In this document: positions 27,711-38,205 of the stretch, piece after piece
Numbering within the stretch: position 1 is the first letter of the stretch
Layout of the letters: each line of letters starts with the position of its first letter
NCBI GenBank assembly: GCA_964535575.1
Contig: CAZHTC010000003.1
Coordinates: forward strand, 283,357 to 347,356
DNA: 64,000 nt
Source of the DNA: an uncultured Bifidobacteriaceae bacterium
GTDB taxonomy: Bacteria > Bacteroidota > Bacteroidia > UKL13-3
Direction of reading: 5' to 3'
Program-made: the position numbers and the translations under genes
Notes under the pieces: model-generated
The model's database searches: none
What the model was told of the DNA's origin: nothing
Seen by the model: the letters and a program-made list of their open reading frames with translations, nothing else

Positions 27711-28463
27711 GTGAGAATAGCATTACTTGGTTACGGAAAAATGGGCAAGGCGGTTGAACGCGTTGCCGAAGCCAAAGGGCACGAAATTGTTTACAAAATA
27801 AACCTTGAGAACGCCAATAATTTTTTAGCTATCAGTTTAAAAAATGTAGATGTGGCTATTGACTTCAGTATGCCTACCTCGGCCTACGACAATATCATGA
27901 AGTGCTTTGATGCCAACGTACCGGTGGTGGTAGGTACTACCGGATGGTACGACCAGTTTGATGAAGTAAAAAAGCGCTGTATCAAAGAAGGGCAAAGCAT
28001 GATTTACTCCACTAATTTTAGTTTGGGAGTAAATATATTTTTTAAAATAAATAAACTGCTTGCCCGCTATATGGGACAACGCAAGGATTATGATGTGATG
28101 ATTGAAGAAGTACATCATACCGAAAAAAAAGATCATCCCAGTGGAACAGCTCTTTCTCTTGCCAAACAAATTTTAGAACCAAGCCAAACCAAACACAGCT
28201 GGAAGGCACGATTATTTTTTGATAAACACGAGGATGTGCCCATGCAAAGTTTGCAACCCGATGAATTATTAATCGAATCAAAACGAATTAAAGATGTTCC
28301 CGGTGATCATACGGTGATTTACAGTTCGGCAAATGATTCCATAACCATTAAGCACTCCGCTGTTACCCGAAACGGATTTGCCGAAGGAGCCGTGCTTGCT
28401 GCCGAGTGGATATTGGGTAAAAAAGGAATTTATACCATGGAAGACCTTTTGAAGTTAGACTGA
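27711..28463 (+). CDS. dapB: 4-hydroxy-tetrahydrodipicolinate reductase
   Basis: N-terminal Rossmann MRIALLGYGKMGKAV. Conserved HHxxKxDxPSGTA-like block (EEVHHTEKKDHPSGTA). Confidence 0.9.
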   Translation: MRIALLGYGKMGKAVERVAEAKGHEIVYKINLENANNFLAISLKNVDVAIDFSMPTSAYDNIMKCFDANVPVVVGTTGWYDQFDEVKKRCIKEGQSMIYSTNFSLGVNIFFKINKLLARYMGQRKDYDVMIEEVHHTEKKDHPSGTALSLAKQILEPSQTKHSWKARLFFDKHEDVPMQSLQPDELLIESKRIKDVPGDHTVIYSSANDSITIKHSAVTRNGFAEGAVLAAEWILGKKGIYTMEDLLKLD

Positions 28464-28569
28464 TAGTTGCAGCTGCTGGCCGAATAAAACATGGAATTTA
28501 CCGTTGTATTCATTCAATCATAAACTAAATGACTAAGGCATTGCGTTAAGTCATATCAAAATATAATAT

Positions 28570-29826
28570 ATGGATTTTTTTAAGAAGTTTTATAGTATTC
28601 TCACTAAACGCGAACGTTTTGGTTTTTGGTTTCTTACCGCCATGAACCTCTTTTTGTTTATCATTCTCATAGGACCCGCATCGGCAGGAGTGATGCTTTC
28701 TATTATGATGTTGCTGGGTACTCAGGTTATTTTAGTTGCGTATTATCATTTCATTAACAAAATGGAGCGCAAAAGCCGCAACCGCGAGTGGATTGATGCC
28801 ATTGCTTTTGCTATTGTAGCTGCCAGTTTAATAAGAGGATTGTTGCTCGAGGCATACACCATTCCTACACCATCCATGGAAAAATCATTATTGGTGGGCG
28901 ATTTTTTATTCGTGAGCAAGTACCATTACGGCCCCCGTGTGCCCATGACACCAATTGCTTTTCCATTTGCACACCATACAATGCCGGTAATTGAAACCAA
29001 AGCTTATTCCGAACTGATAAAGTTACCTTACTATCGTTTACCCGGTTTTCAGAAAATAAAAAATAATGATGTGGTGGTGTTTAATTACCCTGCCGATAAA
29101 GAGGGGAGACCAGTTGACAAAAAAGAAAACTACATTAAAAGATGCATTGGCATTCCGGGCGATACGCTGCGTATTGTTGACGCACAGGTTTACATAAATG
29201 AAAAACCCAATCCTAATCCACCGGGTTTGCAGGCTCGCTATCTGGTAAAAGCTGATCAATATGGATTCAACCGGCTTACGATGAAAGAAATAGGGATTGA
29301 GGAGTACGCACAAATTTCAGACAGCGGAGATTTTATGATGATCATGAGCAATGTTGCCAAAGAGAAATTTTCAAAACTGAGTAATGTGAAAAATGTTCAG
29401 GTAAGCTCTGAAATGCGCGGATTATTTTCACCTTATATTTATCCGTATCATAAAGAATTAAACTGGAATCTGGATCAGTTTGGGCCATTGTATATTCCTA
29501 AATGTGGAGACGTAATCAAACTGACAGAGCAAAACTACTGGATTTACGAGCGCCCGATAAAAGAGTATGAAAACAATCCAACCTTAGAGTGGAAAGATGG
29601 TAAGGCATGGTTGGAAGGTAAGCCAATTGAGAGTTATCGCTTTAAAATGGATTACTATTTTATGATGGGAGACAACCGGTACAATTCCGAGGATTCACGT
29701 TTCTGGGGTTTTGTTCCGGAAGACCATATTGTAGGTAAAGCCGTATTTATTTGGATGAGTTGGGATACAAATGGAAGTTGGTTTAATAAAATACGCTGGG
29801 GCAGGCTGTTTAATCTGATACACTAA
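28570..29826 (+). CDS. lepB: Signal peptidase I
   Basis: Catalytic Ser box IPTPSMEKSLLVGDFLFVSK. Box E GDNRYNSEDSRFWGFVPEDHIVGKA. Confidence 0.9.
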   Translation: MDFFKKFYSILTKRERFGFWFLTAMNLFLFIILIGPASAGVMLSIMMLLGTQVILVAYYHFINKMERKSRNREWIDAIAFAIVAASLIRGLLLEAYTIPTPSMEKSLLVGDFLFVSKYHYGPRVPMTPIAFPFAHHTMPVIETKAYSELIKLPYYRLPGFQKIKNNDVVVFNYPADKEGRPVDKKENYIKRCIGIPGDTLRIVDAQVYINEKPNPNPPGLQARYLVKADQYGFNRLTMKEIGIEEYAQISDSGDFMMIMSNVAKEKFSKLSNVKNVQVSSEMRGLFSPYIYPYHKELNWNLDQFGPLYIPKCGDVIKLTEQNYWIYERPIKEYENNPTLEWKDGKAWLEGKPIESYRFKMDYYFMMGDNRYNSEDSRFWGFVPEDHIVGKAVFIWMSWDTNGSWFNKIRWGRLFNLIH

Positions 29827-29892
29827 TTCACACTTCTACTTCCTGATTTCTTTCCGAAGTTTTCACCATTTTGGGGGATTGGTTTGCCGAAA

Positions 29893-30636
29893 TCAGGAGA
29901 ATATCCTGAATTTCCCTAATCCCCATTTCTGCAAACGGTAATACAAAGAGGTACGCAACACACCCAATCCGTAAGTAACACTTCGGGAGAAATTGATAGA
30001 CGATGCTTCTTCAAAATATTTGGTAGGGCAGGTTATTTCGGCAATTTCAAATCCGGCATAAAACACCTGAGCTGCCATTTCATTGTCAAATACAAAATCG
30101 TCTGAGCACAGGTCGAACTTCACCGTGCGCAATACTTCCCCGCTAAAGGCACGGTACCCGGTGTGGTATTCTGATAATTTTTGCATCATCAGAATGTTTT
30201 GGGTGAGGGTGAGAATGCGGTTGAAAATGTATTTGTACAAGGGCATGCCTCCACGTAGTGCCCCCATTCCTAAAATGCGCGAACCGAATACCACCGGATA
30301 CACATCATAAGCAATAATGCTTGCCATTGCGGTAATGAGCTTAGGGGTGTACTGATAATCGGGGTGTAGCATAATCACTATATCGGCACCCAGTTCTTTC
30401 GCTTTATTGTAACAGGTTTTTTGGTTGCCACCGTAACCTTTATTTTTTTCATGTTTTATCACATGTTGAATTCCCAGGCGTTTACCCACTTCGCTGGTAT
30501 GATCTTTACTGGCGTCATCTACCAGCACCACATCATCAACAATATCAAAAGGAATTTCGCTGTACGTGCGTTCAATAGTAAGCTCTGCATTATATGCAGG
30601 TAATACCACTACAATTTTTTTTCCGTTTAGCATCAA
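29893..30636 (-). CDS. Family 2 glycosyltransferase (polyprenol-phosphate sugar transferase-like)
   Basis: IVVVLPAYNAE...VVLVDDASKDHT (GT-A DxD-containing fold). About 247 aa. Confidence 0.75.
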   Translation of the reverse strand: MMLNGKKIVVVLPAYNAELTIERTYSEIPFDIVDDVVLVDDASKDHTSEVGKRLGIQHVIKHEKNKGYGGNQKTCYNKAKELGADIVIMLHPDYQYTPKLITAMASIIAYDVYPVVFGSRILGMGALRGGMPLYKYIFNRILTLTQNILMMQKLSEYHTGYRAFSGEVLRTVKFDLCSDDFVFDNEMAAQVFYAGFEIAEITCPTKYFEEASSINFSRSVTYGLGVLRTSLYYRLQKWGLGKFRIFS

Positions 30637-30642
30637 AAAATA

Positions 30643-32040
30643 TTAATACACTGCAAAGAAAGGATAAATGAATATATAAGCCAAAATGCCTGCAAAATAG
30701 CTTATCAATGCCAGCAGACTTATGCGTTTAAAATACCAAATGAAATCTATTTTTTCCATTCCCATCACCGCTACCCCGGCAGCCGAGCCAATAATAAGTA
30801 CGCTGCCACCGGTACCGGCACAATAGGCCATAAATTCCCATAGGCGTGCATCGGGTAAATAGTAGGTGAGTTGATTGAATGTAAAATGTCCTTGATAAAT
30901 AAGTTCAGGATGCGCCTGCACATATTGCCATGCTTCGGGGTTGATGGTAGGGGTTGCTAACGGATACATTCCCATAGAGGCTGCAACTAAAGGTACATTA
31001 TCAATAACAGCCGACAGTAATCCAATGGCTCCCACAATCAGGTTTTCATTTCCAATTGTACGGCTCATCCATTGCGATAGGGCCGACAGAATATGGGTGG
31101 ATTCAAGGGCACTAATGGCCAGCAGAATACCGAGAAAAAATAATATGCTGGCACTGTCAATTCGGCTTAAGGCGTGAACGGCAGTGTATGGTTTTCGTTC
31201 TTCTTCATCTTTGTCCTTATGAATAAGTTCAGAAACCAGCCAAACGATCCCGAGACCCAAAAGAACACCTACAAACGGAGGAAGGTGGGTAACTGTTTTA
31301 AAAACGGGAACAAAAAGCAAAACGCCAATTCCTGTAAAAAACATAAGATTAGTTCCTGTTATGTGTTGATTATAGTACACTTTGTCTTCATTGGCAGAAG
31401 AGGCTTCGGTTTTTTGTTTACGGTATTTGTATGAAACAATAATCAAAGGAACAATCAGGCTTATCAGGCTTGGAATAAATAAAGTTTTAATAATATTGGC
31501 TGCGGTAATTTGTCCGCCAATCCACAACATGGTTGTTGTTATATCACCAATAGGCGACCACGCACCGCCTGCATTTGCGGCAATGATTATCATACCGGCC
31601 ATCACTTTACGGTGGTCTTCATTTTTTAGGAGTTTCCGCGAAATGGATACCATTACAATGGCAGTAGTGAGGTTGTCTAAAACAGCCGAGAGAAAAAATG
31701 CCAGCAGGCTCATGATCCAAAAAAGAGTTGATATGCTCCGGGTATTTATGAGGCGGGTAATTACCGAAAATCCCTGATGTGCGTCTATGAGTTCAACAAT
31801 GGTCATAGCCCCCAGCAAAAAGAACAGAATCCCAGAGATATTGCTGAGGTGATGAGAGAGCTCGCTAAGTACTACTGTATGCCCATTACTGTAAAGGGCA
31901 TATATGGTCCAGCAAAATACGCCTGTGAGCAAGGCACTGGCCGTTTTGTTGAGTTTAATGGGGTGCTCCAAAGCAATGGCCATATAACCCAATGAGAATA
32001 AAAGAATCAGCCAACTATTCATGGGTTCAAATATAGGCAT
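30643..32040 (-). CDS. nhaD: NhaD/ArsB-superfamily Na+/H+ antiporter
   Basis: Polytopic membrane protein (465 aa) whose sequence resembles the NhaD family. Confidence 0.65.
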   Translation of the reverse strand: MPIFEPMNSWLILLFSLGYMAIALEHPIKLNKTASALLTGVFCWTIYALYSNGHTVVLSELSHHLSNISGILFFLLGAMTIVELIDAHQGFSVITRLINTRSISTLFWIMSLLAFFLSAVLDNLTTAIVMVSISRKLLKNEDHRKVMAGMIIIAANAGGAWSPIGDITTTMLWIGGQITAANIIKTLFIPSLISLIVPLIIVSYKYRKQKTEASSANEDKVYYNQHITGTNLMFFTGIGVLLFVPVFKTVTHLPPFVGVLLGLGIVWLVSELIHKDKDEEERKPYTAVHALSRIDSASILFFLGILLAISALESTHILSALSQWMSRTIGNENLIVGAIGLLSAVIDNVPLVAASMGMYPLATPTINPEAWQYVQAHPELIYQGHFTFNQLTYYLPDARLWEFMAYCAGTGGSVLIIGSAAGVAVMGMEKIDFIWYFKRISLLALISYFAGILAYIFIYPFFAVY

Positions 32041-32106
32041 CCATCATTAACATTGTTGGTGTAAACTTCTTATGCGGGCACGGTTAAATTATTGTAACTT
32101 CGTGCT

Positions 32107-33138
32107 GTGCGAAATCCAAATATTGACCCGGATGAAGACAACCTGAGTCCGACAGAAAAAGATATAGAGAAGGTATTGCGTCCTGCATCATTTGACGATT
32201 TTGCGGGGCAGGATAAAATTATTGAAAACCTGAAAGTGTTTGTAGGTGCAGCCAGACAGCGAGGCGAGGCACTTGATCATGTGTTGCTGCACGGACCTCC
32301 CGGACTAGGAAAAACAACTCTTTCACATATTATAGCCAACGAACTGGGTTCAAATATTAAAATTACTTCGGGGCCGGTATTGGAAAAACCTGGTGATTTA
32401 GCCGGATTACTAACCAATTTAGAGGAAGGGGATGTTTTATTTATTGACGAAATTCACCGGCTTAGCTCGGTGATTGAAGAGTATTTGTATTCGGCCATGG
32501 AAGATTATAAAATCGATATCATGATTGATACCGGTCCCAATGCCCGCTCTATTCAAATTGCCGTTAATCCGTTTACATTAATCGGGGCCACCACGCGCTC
32601 AGGGTTGCTTACATCGCCTTTGCGTGCCCGTTTTGGCATAAATGCCAGATTAGAATATTACGATGTAAAACTCCTCACCAATATTGTGCTTCGCTCGTCC
32701 GAAATCATCAAGGCTCCTATTGCCGATGAAGCTGCTTACGAAATTGCCAGACGCAGCCGTGGAACCCCACGTATAGCCAATGCCCTATTACGCAGAACAA
32801 GAGATTTTGCTCAAATGAAAGGGGACGGAACTATTAATATGGAAATTGCCCGCTACGCTTTAAACGCACTTAATGTAGATACCCTTGGGTTGGATGAAAT
32901 GGATAATAAAATACTTGTCACCATCATTGAAAAGTTTAAAGGCGGCCCGGTAGGATTAAATACCATTGCCACGGCCATTAGTGAAGATACCGGAACGGTA
33001 GAAGAAGTGTATGAGCCGTACTTGATACAGGAAGGATTTTTAATGCGCACACCCCGCGGACGCGAGGTAACAGAAAAAGCCTATCGCCATTTAGGTAAAT
33101 TACCTAATAAGGGTGGAGGGTTGTTTGATATTGGCTAA
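32107..33138 (+). CDS. ruvB: Holliday junction branch-migration helicase RuvB
   Basis: Walker [10 protein letters not shown]. Walker B DEIHRL. Sensor and arginine-finger regions. Confidence 0.95.
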   Translation: MRNPNIDPDEDNLSPTEKDIEKVLRPASFDDFAGQDKIIENLKVFVGAARQRGEALDHVLLHGPPGLGKTTLSHIIANELGSNIKITSGPVLEKPGDLAGLLTNLEEGDVLFIDEIHRLSSVIEEYLYSAMEDYKIDIMIDTGPNARSIQIAVNPFTLIGATTRSGLLTSPLRARFGINARLEYYDVKLLTNIVLRSSEIIKAPIADEAAYEIARRSRGTPRIANALLRRTRDFAQMKGDGTINMEIARYALNALNVDTLGLDEMDNKILVTIIEKFKGGPVGLNTIATAISEDTGTVEEVYEPYLIQEGFLMRTPRGREVTEKAYRHLGKLPNKGGGLFDIG

Positions 33139-33155
33139 AAAATCTTGTAGCGAAC

Positions 33156-34085
33156 ATGCATTCATCGCACCGTTCATCCCATACCTCGCTCATAAAACAG
33201 AAATCAATTGAATTAGGTTTTAGTTTTTGCGGCATAAGCAAAGCCGTTTTTTTAGCCGAAGAAGCACCACGACTTGAGGCTTGGCTGTCGGCCGGAATGC
33301 ACGGGGAGATGAAGTATATGGAGAATCATTTTGACAAACGCCTCGACCCAACTTTACTGGTTCCGGGAGCCAAATCGGTTGTTTCATTATTGTTCAATTA
33401 TTACTCTCCACAAAAACAGGCAGATGAAACGGCACCCAAAATTTCGATGTATGCTTATGGAGAAGATTACCACAAGGTGATTAAGGATAAATTGTTTGAA
33501 TTGGTGCAGTACATAAACAATAAGGTGGGAGAGGTGCATGGTCGCGCTTTTGTTGATTCGGCACCGGTGCTCGACAGGGCATGGGCAAAAAAAAGCGGGC
33601 TGGGGTGGATTGGTAAAAATGCCAATTTAATTTCCAAACAGCATGGCTCATACTTCTTTATTGCCGAATTAATCATTGATCTTGAATTAGATTACGATAC
33701 TCCTGTAACCGACCATTGCGGAACCTGCACAGCTTGTTTAGAGGCCTGCCCTACACAAGCTATTGTGCGGCCACAGGTGGTAGACGGCAGCAGGTGTATT
33801 TCTTACCTTACCATAGAGTTGCGTAATGAAATTCCTTCCGAGTTTAACGAGAAGATGGATAATTGGGCCTTTGGTTGCGATGTGTGTCAGCAGGTGTGTC
33901 CATGGAATCGCTTTGCAAAACCTCACACCGAACCCAAATTTCTGCCTAATGCCGAAATGTTGCAGATGAAACAAAATGAGTGGATTGAACTCACTGAAGA
34001 AACGTTCAACAGGTTCTTTAAACACAGTGCTTTAACAAGGGCGGGTTATTTGGGATTGAAAAAAAATATAAAATTCCTGAAATAG
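33156..34085 (+). CDS. queG: Epoxyqueuosine reductase QueG
   Basis: Two 4Fe-4S ferredoxin motifs ([23 protein letters not shown]). Cobalamin-binding region. Length typical. Confidence 0.85.
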   Translation: MHSSHRSSHTSLIKQKSIELGFSFCGISKAVFLAEEAPRLEAWLSAGMHGEMKYMENHFDKRLDPTLLVPGAKSVVSLLFNYYSPQKQADETAPKISMYAYGEDYHKVIKDKLFELVQYINNKVGEVHGRAFVDSAPVLDRAWAKKSGLGWIGKNANLISKQHGSYFFIAELIIDLELDYDTPVTDHCGTCTACLEACPTQAIVRPQVVDGSRCISYLTIELRNEIPSEFNEKMDNWAFGCDVCQQVCPWNRFAKPHTEPKFLPNAEMLQMKQNEWIELTEETFNRFFKHSALTRAGYLGLKKNIKFLK

Positions 34086-34133
34086 GTGTAACCTTTTTCG
34101 CATTTTCGCTGACTATAAAAGCAATTCGTAACG

Positions 34134-35357
34134 GTGAAGCAAATCATTTCGGCATTTTTCTTTTTTATTACTCTAAATGTCTGGTCGCAAAACCGGGTTG
34201 ATACAACCCTTGGCGGAAAACTATGGTATGGGGTAAAGGTAAACGGCAATATGCCCGTTCGTAAAAAACTTCCTGCCGATTCACTTACCGGAATTGTTAA
34301 ACCCGGAGCCGGTTTGTTTGTAGCCTATCAGTTTTCGCCCTGGTTTCGGCCACAGTTTGAAGTAGAGTACAGTTCGCTTACATTTAAAAAAATAACGGAC
34401 GAACGCATTACTAATAATTACCTTGACCTAGGGTTCAATTTTTTTGTAACTCCCGGTCAACGAACCAATATCACCCTTAATATCGGATGGATGGCGAGTA
34501 TTACCCAGGGAACTGTTTACCGTACGTTAAACGGAGCCAGTTTGGGTGGTTTAACCAGCAGATACAGCAATGCGAATGCCGGGAGGGTGGATTATCTTTT
34601 TTCAGCCGGTTTAACGTTTCCGGCAAGCAGTAAAGTTGATTTGTTTGCCAAATATCACTTTACACTTACAGCAGATGAAGCTCCCAATACCCTCACCGGA
34701 AAAACATCTTATCTGCAATTCGGATTGTCGGTAAATCTGAATAAGTTTATTTCCGATAATCAACAACCAACCGAAGAGCAATTGCGCAGGCAAAAAAATA
34801 ACAAAGCATTAATGGACGGAGGTGTGTTGCTGGTGCGGTTAAACTATCCACGCAACACCTTGAAACGTTTAATTGAAAGTGGAGATGATCACGGGGCACT
34901 GGCTCTTAAGGCAACATATGACTCCCTTAATATGCAACTCATACGGGCATTTAAAAAATACTACACATTTACGCCTGTTTATTTTTTTGTGGATGATAAA
35001 AGCGATAAGGTATTGAACCACAATTTTGACGGTTTGTTCGTGAATGAACAGATGAAATACGATTCGTCTATTGTGTGCACAGCCGAAAAATTCTTAATTG
35101 CGGAGGTCGGTTATGTGGAAATGATTGGAGGAAATATTCTGGATAATATGCTGGTGGTATTAGATCCACAGTTCAGGCAAATGAAATCTCCTTTCCCTTA
35201 TTCCATCACCAATATGAAGTTATTTGAGGGATCTAAGCGGTATTTAAACGGGATAGATGAAGCAACCTTGTCATCGCTTGAAAAGAATGTGTTCGTTCTT
35301 AATCAGCGACTCGTTAGTTTTTACCTTGAATATTACGGCTATATTAAAGAACAATAA
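34134..35357 (+). CDS. Hypothetical secreted/outer-membrane protein (N-terminal beta-barrel-like half, C-terminal unknown domain)
   Basis: Signal peptide MKQIISAFFFFITLNVWSQ. The N-terminal half has an alternating beta-strand pattern. No recognisable motif. Confidence 0.45.
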   Translation: MKQIISAFFFFITLNVWSQNRVDTTLGGKLWYGVKVNGNMPVRKKLPADSLTGIVKPGAGLFVAYQFSPWFRPQFEVEYSSLTFKKITDERITNNYLDLGFNFFVTPGQRTNITLNIGWMASITQGTVYRTLNGASLGGLTSRYSNANAGRVDYLFSAGLTFPASSKVDLFAKYHFTLTADEAPNTLTGKTSYLQFGLSVNLNKFISDNQQPTEEQLRRQKNNKALMDGGVLLVRLNYPRNTLKRLIESGDDHGALALKATYDSLNMQLIRAFKKYYTFTPVYFFVDDKSDKVLNHNFDGLFVNEQMKYDSSIVCTAEKFLIAEVGYVEMIGGNILDNMLVVLDPQFRQMKSPFPYSITNMKLFEGSKRYLNGIDEATLSSLEKNVFVLNQRLVSFYLEYYGYIKEQ

Positions 35358-35362
35358 ATTTA

Positions 35363-35944
35363 TTAGTGAATGCGGTCGCCACGCAACTCCATTCGCTCCA
35401 TTATTTTTGCTTCTTCATTCAGAAAAAACTGCCAGCGGCTTTGTACATATTCAGCAGGCATATGGTTTTTAGCCAAACTTAAGAACATGCGGTAATGTCC
35501 TGCTTCCGAAATCATAAACTCGTGGTAAAACGCTCTGAAATATTCATCATTCATATGTAGTGATAACAGCCTGAATCGTTCACAACTTCGCGCTTCAATA
35601 AGTGCATTTACCAACAGTTGTTCTACCAATTGTTTCTCGCGGGAACCTCCTTTTTCAATTAACTGAAGTAATTGTACCACGTATAAATCTTTTCGCTGCC
35701 GGCCTAATTTCAGATTTCTTTTTTCCAGTTCTTTAAGCACTTTTCTGAAATGGCCCCATTCTTCTGCTACCAGTGCATTCATTTCGGTAACCACATCCTG
35801 TTTATCGGGGTATCTTACAATAAATGTAATTCCTGATGTGGCTGCTTTTTGTTCGCACCAGGCATGATCGGTAAGAATTTCCTGAAGGTCTTTTTCAGCT
35901 ATGTTCACCCACCTTGGGTCGGTAGGAAGTTTTAATCCAAGCAT
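35363..35944 (-). CDS. miaE: tRNA-(ms2io6A37)-hydroxylase MiaE (ferritin-like di-iron)
   Basis: N-terminus MLGLKLPTDPRWVNIAEKDL...HAWCEQKAA and di-iron EXXH-type helices match the MiaE family. Confidence 0.7.
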   Translation of the reverse strand: MLGLKLPTDPRWVNIAEKDLQEILTDHAWCEQKAATSGITFIVRYPDKQDVVTEMNALVAEEWGHFRKVLKELEKRNLKLGRQRKDLYVVQLLQLIEKGGSREKQLVEQLLVNALIEARSCERFRLLSLHMNDEYFRAFYHEFMISEAGHYRMFLSLAKNHMPAEYVQSRWQFFLNEEAKIMERMELRGDRIH

Positions 35945-35965
35945 AAAAAGGAAATGAAAAGGAGT

Positions 35966-36370
35966 TTATCCGAAATATTTACGCTCTATTTCTCTTAATA
36001 CCTCAATAGAAAGAGGTTTTATTACGTATTCGGCTACTTCCTTATATTGACTTGATTTATCAATATCATCTTTGTAAAGAGAAGACGATAGCATAAAAAT
36101 ATGGGAGCCTGTTTTTAACTCAGGGGCCAGATTACGGTATTGGTCAAGAAAGTCCCATCCGTTCATTCCGGGCATATTTATATCAAGAAAGATTAAATCG
36201 GGTAACTGGGTATGGTCTGAGGCTGCTTTTTTAATTAAATCAAGCGCTTCCTGCCCCCCTAATACGCATTCAACGTGATCACTTATGCCAGACAGTTTAA
36301 TCATTCTGCTGCATACAAAGTTATTGATCTGATCATCGTCAACTACAAGCACAAATTTAACTTTGTTCAT
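35966..36370 (-). CDS. Single-domain response regulator (CheY-like receiver only)
   Basis: VLVVDDD...D (phospho-acceptor in LDINMPGMNGWDFL)...K. No output domain. Confidence 0.8.
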   Translation of the reverse strand: MNKVKFVLVVDDDQINNFVCSRMIKLSGISDHVECVLGGQEALDLIKKAASDHTQLPDLIFLDINMPGMNGWDFLDQYRNLAPELKTGSHIFMLSSSLYKDDIDKSSQYKEVAEYVIKPLSIEVLREIERKYFG

Positions 36371-36416
36371 ACTTTTGTTTTGTGGGGTTAAAGGTAGTTA
36401 ATTTGATTTATTTCTC

Positions 36417-37631
36417 CTAAATGGCTTCTACATAGTCAAGATCTTTGCTGAAAGTTTCCTTTACACTTAAAATGGCTATAAGTGATAGTATAAGACAAAT
36501 ACTCCCAACAATAACCGCGGCTTGAATGGTACCCTGAGTTTCCATAAGGCCTTTAAAACTTAAAGTAATAGGCACTACAGCTCCTCTTACAAAATTAGGA
36601 ACCGTGTTGGTTACGGTAGATCGAAGGTTTGTACCAAATTGCTCGGCTGCATTGGTTACAAACAAGGCCCAGAAACCGGTTGCCGAGCCAAGTAAAAACC
36701 ACATGAATTTAAGATAAGGCAAATTAATATCCCCGTTAGAAAGATAAACGGCTACTGTGAGCGCAAGTACTATCAGGTATCCCACTATTACCTTTTTTCT
36801 GCTTCTGAAATACTGACTGAAAAATCCGCTGAGTAAATCACCAAATGATAGTCCGATATACGAATACATTACAGCTTCTCTTACTTCAATATGCATTGCC
36901 GGATTGATGGCTTCTACAATACGGTCGGATAAATTAATTAACACCCCTACTACAAACCACACCGGTAAACCAATTAAAATGCACGCCACATATTTCATGA
37001 AACGTTTTTTGTTGTTCACCAGCATAATCAGGTTGCCGTTATGCGCTTTATGATGCTGAATCTGTTTAAACATTCCGCTTTCAAATGCACCTGCCCTTAG
37101 TGCCAGGAGCAACATGCCCATTCCTCCACCAATAATGTAGGCAGTTTTCCAGCTAAAATTATCTCCTACCAGATAGGCGCAAACTGCCCCCAGTGCCCCT
37201 ACTGAAACGATAATCATTGTTCCGTACCCGCGTTTGTCTTTATGCATGGTTTCGGCCACCAGCGTAATGCCAGCACCCAACTCACCGGCCAAACCAACTC
37301 CGGCAATAAAACGCATAACTCCGTACATTTCGAGCGAGGTGACAAAGGCATTGGCAATATTGGCAAGGGAATACATGAGAATTGAACCAAACAATACTGA
37401 CACACGTCCTTTTTTATCACCTAAAACTCCCCAGATTAACCCTCCTATAAGCATACCGGCCATTTGCATATTAAAAAGGGTAATGTCATGAAGTTTGTAT
37501 TGTGCTTCGGTAAACCCGAGGTCCATGATACTTTGTTTCTTTACAACATTAAATAAAATTAAATCATAGATATCTACGAAGTAGCCCAGAGCAGCTATAA
37601 TCACCAGTTTATTGAAAGCTTTGGTTTGCAT
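36417..37631 (-). CDS. MFS transporter
   Basis: 12-TM topology. MFS-type GxLxDKxGRV motif (GVLGDKKGRV). Confidence 0.8.
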   Translation of the reverse strand: MQTKAFNKLVIIAALGYFVDIYDLILFNVVKKQSIMDLGFTEAQYKLHDITLFNMQMAGMLIGGLIWGVLGDKKGRVSVLFGSILMYSLANIANAFVTSLEMYGVMRFIAGVGLAGELGAGITLVAETMHKDKRGYGTMIIVSVGALGAVCAYLVGDNFSWKTAYIIGGGMGMLLLALRAGAFESGMFKQIQHHKAHNGNLIMLVNNKKRFMKYVACILIGLPVWFVVGVLINLSDRIVEAINPAMHIEVREAVMYSYIGLSFGDLLSGFFSQYFRSRKKVIVGYLIVLALTVAVYLSNGDINLPYLKFMWFLLGSATGFWALFVTNAAEQFGTNLRSTVTNTVPNFVRGAVVPITLSFKGLMETQGTIQAAVIVGSICLILSLIAILSVKETFSKDLDYVEAI

Positions 37632-37667
37632 ACGCCAAATATAATCAACTTTATTGCTTTTGATAAA

Positions 37668-38147
37668 TCAGAACAGGGTGCTTATACCTGTACATAATGA
37701 TTCAAGGTATTTTTGGTCGGTTAAATCAAAGTGTCCTAGATATTCACTATCGACATCCAGCACTGCAACTACTTCACCGTTTTTTATTATAGGGATTACA
37801 ATTTCAGAACGGGATGCGCTGCTGCAGGCAATATGCCCCGGAAATTTTTCTACATCGTATACCAGCAGGGTTTCTTTTTGCTTCCAGCTGCTTCCGCAAA
37901 CTCCTTTTCCAAAACCTATGCGGGTACATGCCATAGGTCCCTGAAATGGGCCAAGCACCAGTTCATTTTCTTTTACCAGATAAAAGCCCACCCACCACCA
38001 GTTAAAAACTTCTTTCAGCACAGCCGTAATATTTGCCAGATTGGCCACTAAATCCGGTTCACCGGTGGTTAATGCATCAAGTTGCGGAAGTAAGGCAATG
38101 TATTTTCCCTCTTTCGAGGCAGACTCATTCGGGTTAAATTGATGCAT
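37668..38147 (-). CDS. GAF-domain protein, free methionine-(R)-sulfoxide reductase (fRMsr/MsrC-like)
   Basis: Conserved fRMsr Cys-containing motifs (PFQGPMACTRIGFGKGVCG, GHIACSSASRSEIVIP). Confidence 0.7.
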   Translation of the reverse strand: MHQFNPNESASKEGKYIALLPQLDALTTGEPDLVANLANITAVLKEVFNWWWVGFYLVKENELVLGPFQGPMACTRIGFGKGVCGSSWKQKETLLVYDVEKFPGHIACSSASRSEIVIPIIKNGEVVAVLDVDSEYLGHFDLTDQKYLESLCTGISTLF

Positions 38148-38205
38148 CGGGTTATGTTAATTATCCGGAGGAGCAGCCGGTACTCCTCCGGAAATGCAAA
38201 TGATA

